Positions 8,301 to 19,978 of a stretch of DNA of 20,000 bases are shown piece after piece. The DNA comes from Mesotaenium endlicherianum. Lineage: Eukaryota. The first letter of the stretch is position 1, and every line of letters starts with the position of its first letter. The notes under the pieces were generated by a model that ran no database searches, had not been told where the DNA came from, and saw only the letters and a program-made list of their open reading frames with translations. The DNA lies in NCBI GenBank assembly GCA_009602735.1, contig WELA01003365.1, forward strand, positions 317,768 to 337,767, in the 5' to 3' direction. Position numbers and translations under genes: made by a program.

Positions 8301-10505
8301 TTTCTGAGAAGTGCGTGAGCTTCTTCTGGATGAGCATGTATCAGTGTCCCCTTTCCAGCTCGTCACTCCCTGCTTCGTCTCTCTTTCTCCAAATTGCTGG
8401 GCAGAGATAGGGGGCCTGTCAAATCTCAGAAGGATGGTTGACGTCAACGCGCGGCTCCAAGAGTGCCAGGCGCGCATGGATGCGCTCGCCGCCAGGTGGC
8501 AGCCTGCCAGCACAGCCTCCCTCGGCGAGCTCCTCGCCTCCTTCTTCACTCAGGTACATCCCCTCTTCGGATGACCTCCCGCTCCCATCTGTTGGTTGAC
8601 GTTGCTTGCACTTCCTCCCAAATGTGCACTGCCAGAGAATTGGTGGGGAGGGTGCAATTTGCTGAAGCTCTTATGCAGTGCGGGTGCTGTTGGGAGCCTG
8701 TGCGCTTGTGCCGTCTGGGAATCAGCGATGGCTGAGCTGAGCTCTATGGCTTGCGGCATGCACGCCCTTCGTCCTCCTGGCCCCCGCTCACGCCCAGACC
8801 CCCACGTGTCTCACTAGCACTATTGATTCCTGCTCCCAAAACCAAATGTAATTGGTTTCAGTGTGGTCACATCAGCTTCACAAGGATTGAGTTAAAACTA
8901 TCTGAATGATCTGTGGTTTCAGCTGGTGTGTATGCGTGGGCTCTCGCACGCGTGTTTCATCGCTGATTGTCTTTGAGGCGTGTCGCTTGGCACGCGCGCA
9001 AGTCCTGCCAGGCAACGCTAACTTTGCAGTTGGTGATCGTGCGTGTGTGGGTGCTTCTGATGAGGGCCAGATGGCAGCGGTAGAGGAGGAGTCATGGGAA
9101 AGAGGGCTGTGTGCCAGCACATATCGCGGCTGCTGGACGACTAAAGAGTGGACCACTCACGCGTACTCCTCGGCCATGGGGGTGAGTCACCTTTTGCATA
9201 TGCTTCGTCCTTCATTCACGTCAAACAGTTTTTATCTGAACCAAGCATACATGCGGTTGCCTGAAGGTGCACTCACCCGGTTGTCAGGAGGTCCACCTGC
9301 ACCCACTCGTGGGAAGCAACAAGTAATCTGAACGAGCCTATCCTCGCTACTTTGTTTATTGTTTCTTTGTTATAGGCCAAAAAATGAGGTGTGACGTGCT
9401 TCAGGCAAACACATTCACTTTAGTTGTCATCTCTTGCGCACATGAACGCCCATGGCATAGAACATTGTTAGCGTTAAGCCAGAAGGGCCTCTGTGTGGGT
9501 GTGTGTGGACCATCAGGCGGCATACTTACCGGAGGGAGTGAGGAATGACAGCAATTTAGTATGAGTCAGGGCAGGTTGCAAGCTCTCGAGAACAGCCATC
9601 TGCCCTGGCTCGTTCTGCCCACTACACAACAAAAGCGTCCGTCCATACGCGGCCAACAGAGACCCACCCACCGTCATGCTTCGTGGTTGCGACAGGTGGA
9701 GGACTTCATCGACACGAGCATGAACTGCGCGCGCGCGTGTCAGAAGCACGGGCGCGCACAGATCTACGCCGCGCTGCGCCAAGCCGCGGTCTCCGTGCGC
9801 GACGCCGCCCGGGTGGGCACCAAGAATGCTGCCGACGCGTGCGACGTTCAACTCTTTGGACGCCTGGTGTCCAGGGGCAAGCGCGCCCTCCGGGGCGACG
9901 AGGCCGCCCCAGCCCCCGCCCCCAAGAGCTCCCAGCGCCAGGTGGCGGCAGGCACCAGGCTGATCGTGGGCGCGGGCACCGGAAGCTTGCTCAGCTCCAG
10001 CTCGCCTCGAAAAGTATTGCCAACTGCTCCGGTTGTGCTCTCTCGCCCCCCCTTGCTGCCAGCGCCTGTACAGGACCCGCCGATACTGCCTGGGTACTCA
10101 AAAACCGCCCCCCCCAATGGGGCCCCTTCTCTCCCGCCACCGCTGGCCAACCCCTACAGCATGCAGTCGCAGTCGATTCCTCCCCCCATGCAGCAGTTGC
10201 CTGTTTACCACACGCCTCCAGGTAATTATGGCTACGAAGCCCCTTATAGTGGCCAAGTAAATCATAATGTGGGGTATGGGCAAGGGTCTGACCATTACAC
10301 CTCCTCGCAACCTACTATGAGTCATTACAACCAGAGTGTAAATAGCTGGCCTCCGCAAAGCGGGCAATATTCTCAAGGATATGTGCCCAGCTACAGTATG
10401 GGAACACGACCTACTTATAATCAGCAGCCCTCCGACGTCACGGGTTACTATAACAGCCAGACCTGGTCGCCGTATGGAGGACCAAACCAGTACAACCGCT
10501 ACTAG
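5324..10505 (+). CDS. HESO1: HESO1-like terminal nucleotidyltransferase (Cid1/TUTase family, pol-beta superfamily), about 592 aa
   Basis: Exons 5324-5333 (start exon, least certain), 5492-5674, 6057-6239, 6690-6871, 7354-7449, 8038-8092, 8405-8553, 9071-9181 and 9696-10505 are phase-compatible (1779 nt). Catalytic motifs FGSF...SDLDLS and SCDVT are present. Also present are VKAWARWQDVNASTRGTLNSVSWVLLVALHLQ|TRSPPLLPPF, SLGELLASFFTQ, GLCASTYRGCW and VEDFIDTSMNCARA. Domain order and the short N-terminus match plant HESO1 rather than URT1 (from recall). Confidence 0.85.
6245..6365 (+). repeat. CT-rich low-complexity tract at the 5' end of a HESO1-like intron
   Basis: ctctctctcccaatctctctctctctccctctacctctcacccgcttccctctcccccattccctcccccc lies shortly after the donor at 6240. 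Confidence 0.8.
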
Positions 10506-11792
10506 TCGTCGTGCGGCGTACCCACACTTAGTCAGCCATCAAGGGATGTTGCACATAGTCACTGAGCACCCCTGGTTGCTCATCAGCCAGACATATTATG
10601 CTTGGTATTCCTTTTTTATTCAAAACAAAATAAAAGCTTGGGCTCACCTTGCCCCGACTACATACACTTCACAGCGGTGTTCACCTTCTGGGAGAGGGGG
10701 AGTGGCTGTTACATCACAACTTGTGCTAATGAGCTCACAACTTAACTCACGTACGGCATGAACCTACCGTCCAGGGTATGAAACCATTATGAAATTAATG
10801 AGGCATACGATTATTTTACGCATTGGTTAATGAGGAACAAGTATACGTCATCTCAAAGAAGTGCGTCAAACCAGTTCTTATGACTAGAGCTCAGAGGCCT
10901 CTTGTGTGATCTACATCGATCGACTCGTAGTACGCCTGTATGAAGGCAAAGTATTTACCCAAGTATATATTTTCACTATCACAGAAGAAGCAGGACAGCG
11001 TGCACTTGACTAGCAGTACAAAATTCAAGTGATGGCCCAGGCTGGTGAATATTTTGCATCAAATCAGGAGATGAGTAATAGCTCTTATATGCAAGACCTA
11101 AACTATGATAAGCAGTAAATCTCTACATGGTTACATTCCAATCAATGTAGTAGTAAGGTTAATTATAGTCGTTGCAGCTAATGAAGATGATTCTGGTATG
11201 TTTTTTTCCAAAAAAAATATCTGCAATTGTACAACACTCCTTATGCATGTGGACCAAAGGGAGTAAAAACAATGTAGTACTACAACTTCTTATTTGGGGG
11301 AAAGGGGGCTTATATGCTTGGAAGGAAATGAGCAGTTATAGCCGTCGGCCACAAAAAAATGAGTGAAATCATTTCGTGTACTACATCAGGCTTCATATTT
11401 TCAGCTTGTTAAAAAGTGTGTATCACAACACGTAACTTACTTGTTACAAAGAAGCCTCCTGGAAGCGCAACACGACCTTCACATTGAAATACGGCCACCC
11501 ATTTCACTGAGCCGTGTGGCCCTTTTATTGTCCAACAACTCTAACTATACCTGAGATGCCCATCACGACCTGAATTTACCCCAATTTGACAACCAAAGAG
11601 AGACACACCAAGGTTGTTGCCCAGCCTATCTGGACACCCCTCGGCTCAACCCCGACCTTCTACCTCTGAGCTGACAAGGCAGCCAATGAGAGCCCCCCCA
11701 CCCAGCCCTATGTACCAACAACAATACGTTTGCCCCTACCAGCTTTCCAATCTATACACGTCTCGCTCGCTCCTCAGCCCTCCACAGCGAGC

Positions 11793-14700
11793 CTAGAACC
11801 AGGGATGCCACGTGGGATCCATCAAGCACAGGTTCCTCGGCCGCAGGGCCGCCTCCACGAGCTCGATCACGCCCTTCTGCACTGACACCGGCACAGGCGG
11901 CGCTCCGTTTCCCTCTCCTCCATCGTCCTGCCAGAAAACAAACGGCTTACTGTGTCAACTTACGTTGTAGCCAGCCGGCTGTCACAGCCTTCAGAGGGCT
12001 GGCACGCCGTTTGCACTTGAAGCAGTGAGCCTCCCGATGTTACGTCAACTGTCACTTCAAGGCATCATCTACTATCCATATCCGATAGAGCTACAAACAT
12101 TTTACACAAGCATTGAATTTTGTTATCTCAAAGCAGAAGAAAGGTTCATGAAGCCACTCGCTGCGAGCTGCAGCAGGGAGGTGGCCAGGGAGGAGAGGGC
12201 GAGGGAGGAGCACCTCTGGCACGTAGGACTGCGGCGCAATCCGATTGAGGCGCTCCATCACGCCGTCAATGTTGGCCGAAACTTTCTGCTTCAGCTCCGC
12301 CGTCGAAAGGCCCCCTCCCCCGCCCATGGGCTGCTGGCCCGCAGGCCGACGCCACGACCAGGAGATGAGGTCGTCGCGGAAGAACATCGCCAGCTGGTGC
12401 TGCACGTGCGCGCTCTGCACACCCACACCACACAACCACACACACACATATCAACGGGTGCGGCGTTACCTCATGCAAGCTGCTCGGGCCTCCTTGCCAC
12501 TTGGCAGCCGGGCCAAACCGGGAACCAAAGCAAGTGCCGTGTTGCCATCGACCAGAGTCCCATGCCCTACGCCTATACACGTCCTGGCACCTGATCCCAG
12601 GGGCCAGGGAGCTTACGGGCCACCACCGCACTAAGGGCCACCAATCAAAGGGAGAATGGGAGGACAAGCCACACACAGGCGCATCTATGACGAGTGATCA
12701 TATGTGAGAGCATCCTGCTTCTGGAGGTGGAGCTTGCAAACACAATTTCCGCAGGGAGGTAGCGGGGGCCTTAGTGGCACCTCTCGCACATGTCCCAAGA
12801 CGAAACATCACGAAGCGCATTCCTTCAGCCAACAGCCCATAGCCTGCCTGCCCGCGCTGCATCCAGCGCGAGTGGCAGCAGCTACCACCTCCGCCGGGAC
12901 AGCCCCACCTCCTGCCTCCTACCCTCCTTGTTTGTACTATGGCAGGTGCAGCAACGGTACCAGCCAGAGCAGTGGCGGGAGCAGGAGCAATGGCAAACAG
13001 TGACACGGCCAAACAGGGCTTCAGTAAAACAGGGCGTGGGGCAGCGTGCTTGGCAGTACTGCCCCTGGCTGCTTGCGGGCAGCAGGAATGAGGAGCACAG
13101 AGCTGGCAGTGCATACTTTGGGGGCAACGATGGCTTGGGCCGACGCGCACATGGCAGCCACAAAGAGGCCGTCGGTGCCGAAGTGTGTGAGGAACGTCTG
13201 GATGTTGCGCGTCAGCCGGAAGGGCACGGGCTCCTGGCACTCCACGATCCCGTTGGCATCGTACGCTGCGCCGCCCACATCCCCACCCCCACGGCAGAGC
13301 CGAGAAAGCACAGGAACGTTGAGCAAGAATCACAGACCAAAGAAAGAGAACACAAGTCTAAACGGGCCAAGACAAGAACAAGATATGATTGAAAGTACAT
13401 GAAGTGTACCCATATCAAGTCTATGATGAAGAACGCCCAACTACGCACGACATCAGCAGAGCCCAGTGGTCTCCAAGAGCGAGAGCGAGAGCGTGCAAAG
13501 GAGCACACCGCAGGCAGATGGCACTGGGCAGGCAGAAGGAGAACAAGAAGGAAGAGAACTGGGACAAGAAAATGTCTAGCTGACGGTAGAAGAGAGGGGA
13601 CAAAAGACAGAGGAGAGAGTATGCAGCAGAGGGACACGCGCGGGGGGGAGAGAGGTGGTCAGCGAGGCAGGGAGGCCAACCAGGGATGGGAGGGGAGGGG
13701 GGGGAGGCGTACTGGGGTGGAAGTCGGTCTGGAACACTTTGCCGGTGTTCTTTGCAAAGAGGATCTTGTTGGGCGAGCGGCCGCCGATCTGCAGCAGGTA
13801 TGACACGCAGCCCGAGAGCGCCAGCTGCGCCGCAAACTGCTTCTTGAACGTCCACAGGTGGTTGGACGTGGGCAGCGACTTGTACATGAACTGCGACAGG
13901 ATGTTCTCGCTCACCAGCTTCGCCGTCACCTCGCTGTACGTGGCCAGCCGCAGCTCCACCAGCGCCTCCCCCGACATCTGCTCCCCCTCCTCCGCCCCCC
14001 CCTCCCCCCACAGTCCCAATCACCCCGCAAGCCCAGCGGTTGCACCTTGTCAGCTGGCTACTCAGCGGTGCACTTGCTCATTGCTCCTTGTTGGACCGGA
14101 GGCGCCGAGTGGCAGAAGGCCCCAAGTGGTGCTGCGAGTGCGGCCAGCTGTTGCAACTGCAGCTCTGTGGCAGAAGCAACGGCAGTAGCGGCGGCAGCGG
14201 GGACAAGGCTTGGCACGGGAGGGTGAAGCAGGGCAGTGGTGATGCTGCTGCAAATGGAGAGCCTTCTTTGATACCCTCTGATGCCGCATCTAAACAGCTG
14301 CTCCTTCATAAGACACTGTCCGAGGCAGGCAGGCAGGCAGGCAGGGCAGGGCAGGGCAGGGCAGGGGAACGCACAGAGTTGGTGATGGCGGAGTTGAGCT
14401 TCTCCTTGAAGTAGGCGATGGGGCCGTCCGCCTCGCGCCCGTAGCGCGCGCAGTTCACGTCGTACACCTCCGCCAGCGTGCTGTACGTTGCCTCGTCCTC
14501 CACCAGCCTCACCTGCGCACGCACACGCCCAACCCATGCACAGGCGCACGCACACATCCCAACACCCCACTTATCAATGCAATGTTTGCCTCGTCCAACA
14601 GGTCGATGCTTCTTGCCAAATGCTGCAGGCACCAAGCAGGAAAGCCCGCACGCACGGCGCCTGCTGATACGGGTGCAGGGACGTGCATGCGCATGTGTGA

Positions 14701-17700
14701 CGGCACGTGCTGCGTCTTGCATGTGCGCTAGTGCATGTGCTTCTTACCCTAACCCATGCAGCATATGAAAATGCATCAAACAGCACCTTTCATGACACGA
14801 GGGTCATAGAAGAGGAACATTGCGAGGCAGCATTCACACACCCACAGACACAACCAGGCACACATACAGAAACAGAGAGCGAGGACAAGCAGAAGTGTCT
14901 CCCCTCGTCACTCCCCTCCCGTCTCCGCTTGGCCCCTTCAGTACCTGGGGCCAGACGGGGATGATGATGGGGGTGTGGAAGGCGAGGTTGCGGCGGCGCG
15001 ACTCCTTGTGCTTGTCCAGCAGCCGGTTGATGACGCGGAACAGCTGCACCATGCGCTCGTCGCTGCGCGCGGACGGCGTCAGCGACGTCTGCACCAGAAA
15101 GTGGCGGCTGGAGCCGTCGGAGCCCACCAGCGTGAGGCGCCGGTGGCTGCTGCCGTGGCGCCGCACGATGGGTACGTCCGCGCCGATGTGGTCCACCTTC
15201 ACCGTGTTCTCCGGATGGATCTCCTGCATGCGTTTCTCCCCCCATCCCCCCCCCCACACACATGCGCGCGCACACACACATGGACGCACACACGCGCGCA
15301 CACACGCACAGCCGCACACGCGCACACACACGCACACACAGCGACTTAGCCACACATTCCACCAGAGCGAAGAATAAGGGAAGAGGCAGCAGCAGGACAG
15401 ATGTCGGTCAGCATCGCCTGACAGCCTCAGCCCCCCCTACCCGCCCCTCTTACATCTCCCCAGCATTTTAGATGCGGGCACCACCCACCGAGCCACACCA
15501 TCCGGAAGGGCATGCCAGGATCCTCAGCTCAGAGCCCGCCAGTGTCTCAAAGCCCAGCACCCAATTGACTGCCTGCCAGCAACAGCTGTTGGCATGCTCC
15601 CGCCTATGCGTGAATGGATAAACCGGATGCCCTTGCGCCAGACAAGCCTATCGCCTCGCAAAGGGGACAAGGACATGAAGTGGCAGGCAAGCAAACAGAT
15701 GGCGAGTCTCATGCAGAGAATCCTTTGGGCTTACAGTGGAGGGGCCAAGGTTCAGAAGGTTGTGAGACGGAGGGACGGGCGGGCGGACGAACCTGGTCGC
15801 TGAAGTACTGGCCGGGCATCTCGATGTCGAGCACGTTCCAGTCGCGCAGGTGGCGGCTCTCCTCCTCCAGCTTCAGCACCCCCGGCAGCCGGTCCTCCAC
15901 GTTGCTCTGTCCCCACTCACATGTAGGTAAGCCGCACCCCCCCAGACAAACACACACAAAGCATCCCACAAAGACACACCTTGACATAATTGAGTAATCG
16001 GGGCCACACACACCCACACAAGCGCGCGCACGCACACACACGCAAGGAGAGAGATGCACACAGCCACGCTACGTACCTCGTGCTTCTGAGAGGGTGTGGG
16101 ACTCAGTCACATCATGCTTGGCGGTGCGTAGCAAAATTGCGACACACTTCTCAGAATATTACCCTGACTCGAATGAGGAGGGACAGCGGGGCAAGTCTCC
16201 AGGTGGGTGAATGGTGGGTGAAGTAGGTGGTGGTTGCACAAGCAGGGGCCGCCTCCTTGCAGTACGGCAAAGATCTGGAGCAGAAGCAACTGCTGGACGC
16301 TCCAGATGCCCCCTGCTTCCACGGGGCCAGACACTGATGACTTCAAGGCCACTGGCAGCTTTCCATGCACACATGAATCACAGGGAAAGAGGCGACACCA
16401 GCACCAGCCACCGCAGCAGCAGCCAGAAAGGGGAGAGGGTGCCGGCTGTAGCAGCCGCAACAGCAACCGCAGCAGCAGCCGTAGCAGCCAGAACGGGAGA
16501 GGGCGGCAGCTGTGAAGCGCAGCAGCTCAGCCAGGAAGGGAGAGGACGGCGGCAGCAGCAGAGGGAGCAGCAGGAGCAGCAGGAGCCACACAGAAGAGAG
16601 GGACTAGGGGCCTGAGTTTCTCTAGGTCCTTTCTTTTTCTTTCGGGGTCACGTGGGAGGGGAGGGAGGAGGGGAGTGAGGAGGGGGGGGGGGGAAACACC
16701 TGCAGCACGCCCTCCCAGTGCTTGAGACGGCGGGTGAGCTCGGCCAGGCTGACGGGGAAGGAGTCGGTGGAGTCGGGGTCCAGGTCGCGCTCAAAGTCCT
16801 TCTTGTACTCGCTCACAAAGTCGGTGTGCTTGTTGACGGTGTCGGCGGAGAAGCACGCGCGGCACACGCCGTTGAGCTCCTTCTTGAGGCTGACAGGCAC
16901 CTCGCCCGTGGTGGCCGTGGGGTACTTGTAGCAGCGATGCAGCAGCGCATGCACCACCGCTAGCAGCCGCTCCTCCGGCAGAGGCACAAACTTGGACCCC
17001 ATATCCGTCAGCATCAGCTGCTCTCTCGGTCAGACACGAATCCCCCCCCAGGCACGCACATGCACACACACACCATGTGCACGTGCACCCCGCGAGCAGA
17101 CGCATGCACATACATACAGATTAAGGTGTCAGTGTGAGCCGTGCAAAGACTCTGACCCGCTTTGAAACGGCTGCCACCAGCATCCCCTCTGACAATAGAT
17201 CATACAGTCTCGCTAGAGGAACCTAGCATCTCCGGCGACGTGATTCAACCAGCCGAGAGCGAGAACACGGGCCTAGCACAAGTTTCAGCAGTTGCAATCG
17301 TCTCTGAACACGCACGACAGGACAGCAGGCAGCAGGCCTGCGCCATTGATGAGGCGAGACAGTGGCGGCGCCCACCTCGAGCTCCGCGGCCAGGTTGGCA
17401 TGCTTCAGGCGCAGCTGCTCCATCACCTCCTTGGCCGCGTCAAATGCCGTCAGCGCCGACGCCGGCCAGCTGGCGGCGCTCGCGCTCCGCCTGAGGCCCG
17501 GCTGCAGCAGCGCCAGCTGGGCGCCGCCGTCTGCAGACGGATGGCCGCTCCCCGCGGCCGCCCCTGGCCCCGCGCCCTGGCTCGACACGTCAGCAGTGCC
17601 CCCCCCATCCATCACCTGGCCTCTTCCCGACGTGGAGGGCTCAGCCCCGCTTTGAGTGGGCGTGGCAGCCCGAGAAGGACCCATGCCACTCTCGCCCATC

Positions 17701-17971
17701 TGCTGGGGGCCAGCCGGGCCACCCTGGGAGCCACCGGCGTGGCCTGGCTGCGACGAACCGTCGGCTGCTGCCGGGGTGCCAGGTGTCTGCTGAGGAGGTC
17801 CTTGAGAGGAAGCTGGCCCCCCTGCCCTGCCCATGCCACCGCCGTTATTTCCACCTGGGCTGGCACCTGGGGCAAAGCCAGGGTCTGGAGCAGCAGAGCC
17901 AGGCGCACCCTGAGCCTGAGCATGAGCCTGGGCCTGGGCCTGGTTCGCATGGTGCGCCTGCGCCTGTGCCA

Positions 17972-18011
<40 letters not shown>

Positions 18012-18016
18012 GTGGA

Positions 18017-18060
<44 letters not shown>

Positions 18061-19978
18061 GCAGCCTTTGCCTGGGCGATCTGCGCCCGGTGGGCGACGT
18101 CCCGGCGCTCGAGCAGATAAGTGCGCAGCCAGTAGTACACCGCCTGCAACACCTCACCCCCAAAGCAACAGCCCATCGTCAAGCCTGGCCCGTCATCAGC
18201 CGTTTGTGAAGTCGCGCAACAAGAGGAGCAAGGCACGCACGCGGGCACTCCCGCTCAGGGCCACGCCACTGACACGGAAGAAAACCACTGGTGTGTGCGC
18301 GCTTCTAGACACCGGCTGGAAGCCACTGACAGTACACGACTGAGAGAGTGTGGGACCTCCAACCACCACCGCTGACACTCCTGCACACGAAGGATGAGCT
18401 AGAGTACCACACAGGACTCTCTAAGGCCAGGAACTTCAAATGTCGCCCTGCAAAAGAGCAAAAGCACACGCAAAGGAGAGCGAGGGCGGGGTTCAAAAGT
18501 GCGCGGGCGCGCACCTGGGGGTAGTGGTGCGCGAGCGAGATGAGCACGAGCTTGACGTGTGGATTCTCGGGCCGCTGCAGCGACAGCAGCAGCTGCGGGA
18601 TCCACACGAGCCACACGCCAAAGGGCACGTGCGGCGTGTGCTTGTCGAACGCGCGCCCCACGGTGCCCTTGCCGTTGTCAAAGGAGAGCAGGTACAGCAC
18701 GCGCGCCAGGTAGTTGCGCCCCTGGCTGGACCCGTACCGCACGCCCTGCAGCAGGCAGGCCACTGCAAACTCCAGCCACGCCTGCTCGCCCGTCTCCTTG
18801 TACACCTGGTGCAGCACGCGCACGGGGACACGGGCAGAGGACGCCACGTTAGCACAGAGCGCTGCAATGTCAGCAAGCTGGCACACGGGCCGCGCCTTGC
18901 CACCCAGCACTATGAGGAGCTTGAAAAGCACGGTGAGGTGGGGAGTCGGTTAATTTGGGATACAGATGGCAGCGCACGAGGGGAGAAGAACTAGCTTGGT
19001 GTGTATTTCTGGTGTCACAGCAAAGGAGGGAGCAGAGGAGACGGTCCTTCGTATCACGGTGACATGGCACAGCCTGGCCCAGTCGAGTGCGACCGCCTGC
19101 CTGTGTGGGCATTTTGCAGCCAGAACTTGTTCTGCCCCTGTCGTGATTGAGAAGTCCCACCCCCGATCACCTCGGTAAAGGAAGAAGGCCCCAACACAAG
19201 CAAGTGGTGCCCTGTGAAAAAGACGCGGCAGCCCCATTCGAGCTAGCAGAACATGGTGCTCACTGGTGCTTACCAGCAGCAACTCACTGGCGGACGGCTG
19301 TGTATGGCAACACAGGAGTGTGTTCTATATGGCCTGCTGGCTGCCGGCATCAATGGGCGGCTGGTGCATACGCGGCCCCGGCCCTGGGCTTGCCGTCGCC
19401 TGTGAGCAGCGGGGCGGGCATTGCTGGGCAGCTGCAGCACCAAGAGCAGAAGCTGCCCCCACCCAGAGCTCCCTGTAGGCAGTGGAACGGTGGGTATGAG
19501 CGAGGGCGTGGCAGTGGAGGGAAGTCCCAGGGAGGCCTCCCCCCCTCCAGCGTACCTGGTCGCAGTAGTTGCCCCAGGAGACCCAGCCCTTGGGGTGGTG
19601 GCGGAAGAGCGAGATGGCGGTGGCGTACGCCTGGTTGGCGTTCTCGCCCTCGCCCATGCGCTGGTACATCTCGCCCTTGAGGCGCCAGATCTCCGCCTTG
19701 TGCGCCACGGGGAAGTAGTCCAGGTTGCACGTGCTGATGGAGGCCAGGCCCGCCGCCAGCTCCTCGCCGCCGCCGCGCATGGCAATGTCGGCCTTGGCCT
19801 CCTCGCGGATCTTCACAAACGCCTCCTGCACCTCCATGGAGGGGAAGCCGTAGTAGCTGTTGAGCACGCGCTTGCACACCTCGGGCAGGCCGTGCTTGCG
19901 CGCCATGTACGCCAGCTTGTTCACGCTCCACGCCTTGTCGCGGTATCCCAGCTGCTGCAGCCGCTGGTCCGAGTAGTT
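11793..19978 (-). CDS. TRA1: TRA1/TRRAP PIKK-family pseudokinase (SAGA/NuA4 scaffold): 3' part (end of FAT, PI3K-like and FATC domains), about 1026 aa in the window, 5'-truncated by the window edge
   Basis: Exons 19978-19556, 18805-18515, 18143-17376, 17017-16700, 15906-15793, 15223-14945, 14512-14375, 13977-13713, 13265-13117, 12414-12214 and 11927-11793 are all GT-AG and in frame (3081 nt). Motifs include LGYRDKAWSVNKLA, WIPQLLLSLQR, YYWLRTYLLERRD, RRHGSSHRRLTLVGSDGS, GGRSPNKILF...QTDFHP (pseudokinase), EPVPFRLTRN and the C-terminal FATC NLCLMDPTWHPWF*. Confidence 0.97.
14324..14367. repeat. Compound microsatellite (GGCA)n(GGGCA)n at the 5' end of a TRA1 intron
   Basis: ggcaggcaggcaggcaggcagggcagggcagggcagggcagggg on +. 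On the transcript it reads (CCCTG)n(CCTG)n just after the donor at 14374. Confidence 0.85.
15238..15340. repeat. C-run plus interrupted (CA)n/(CG)n microsatellite at the 3' end of a TRA1 intron
   Basis: A C-run is followed by acacacatgcgcgcgcacacacaca...cacacacgcacacaca. On the transcript it reads (GT)n then Gn immediately before the acceptor at 15224. Confidence 0.85.
17973..18059 (-). repeat. Coding CAG trinucleotide repeat (Q14-LH-Q13) in a TRA1 exon
   Basis: (ctg)14 at 18018-18059 and 13 ctg/ttg codons at 17973-18011 on +, in frame with the TRA1 exon 18143-17376. Confidence 0.95.

Noticed and set aside
13713..13800. Missing DRH and DFG kinase motifs (GRSPNK, TDFHP)
   Set aside because: Expected, because TRA1/TRRAP is an established pseudokinase.
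13975..13983. NAGNAG acceptor (gagcag) in TRA1; similar aagcag at 7348-7353
   Set aside because: NAGNAG sites are common, and alignment favours the distal CAG. There is no evidence of alternative use.
16400..16590. Imperfect GCA-rich repeats giving polyQ/polyA/polyL-like ORFs
   Set aside because: The tract lies in the TRA1 intron 16699-15907, whose flanking exons join seamlessly (VLQ|SNVED). It is a degenerate microsatellite.
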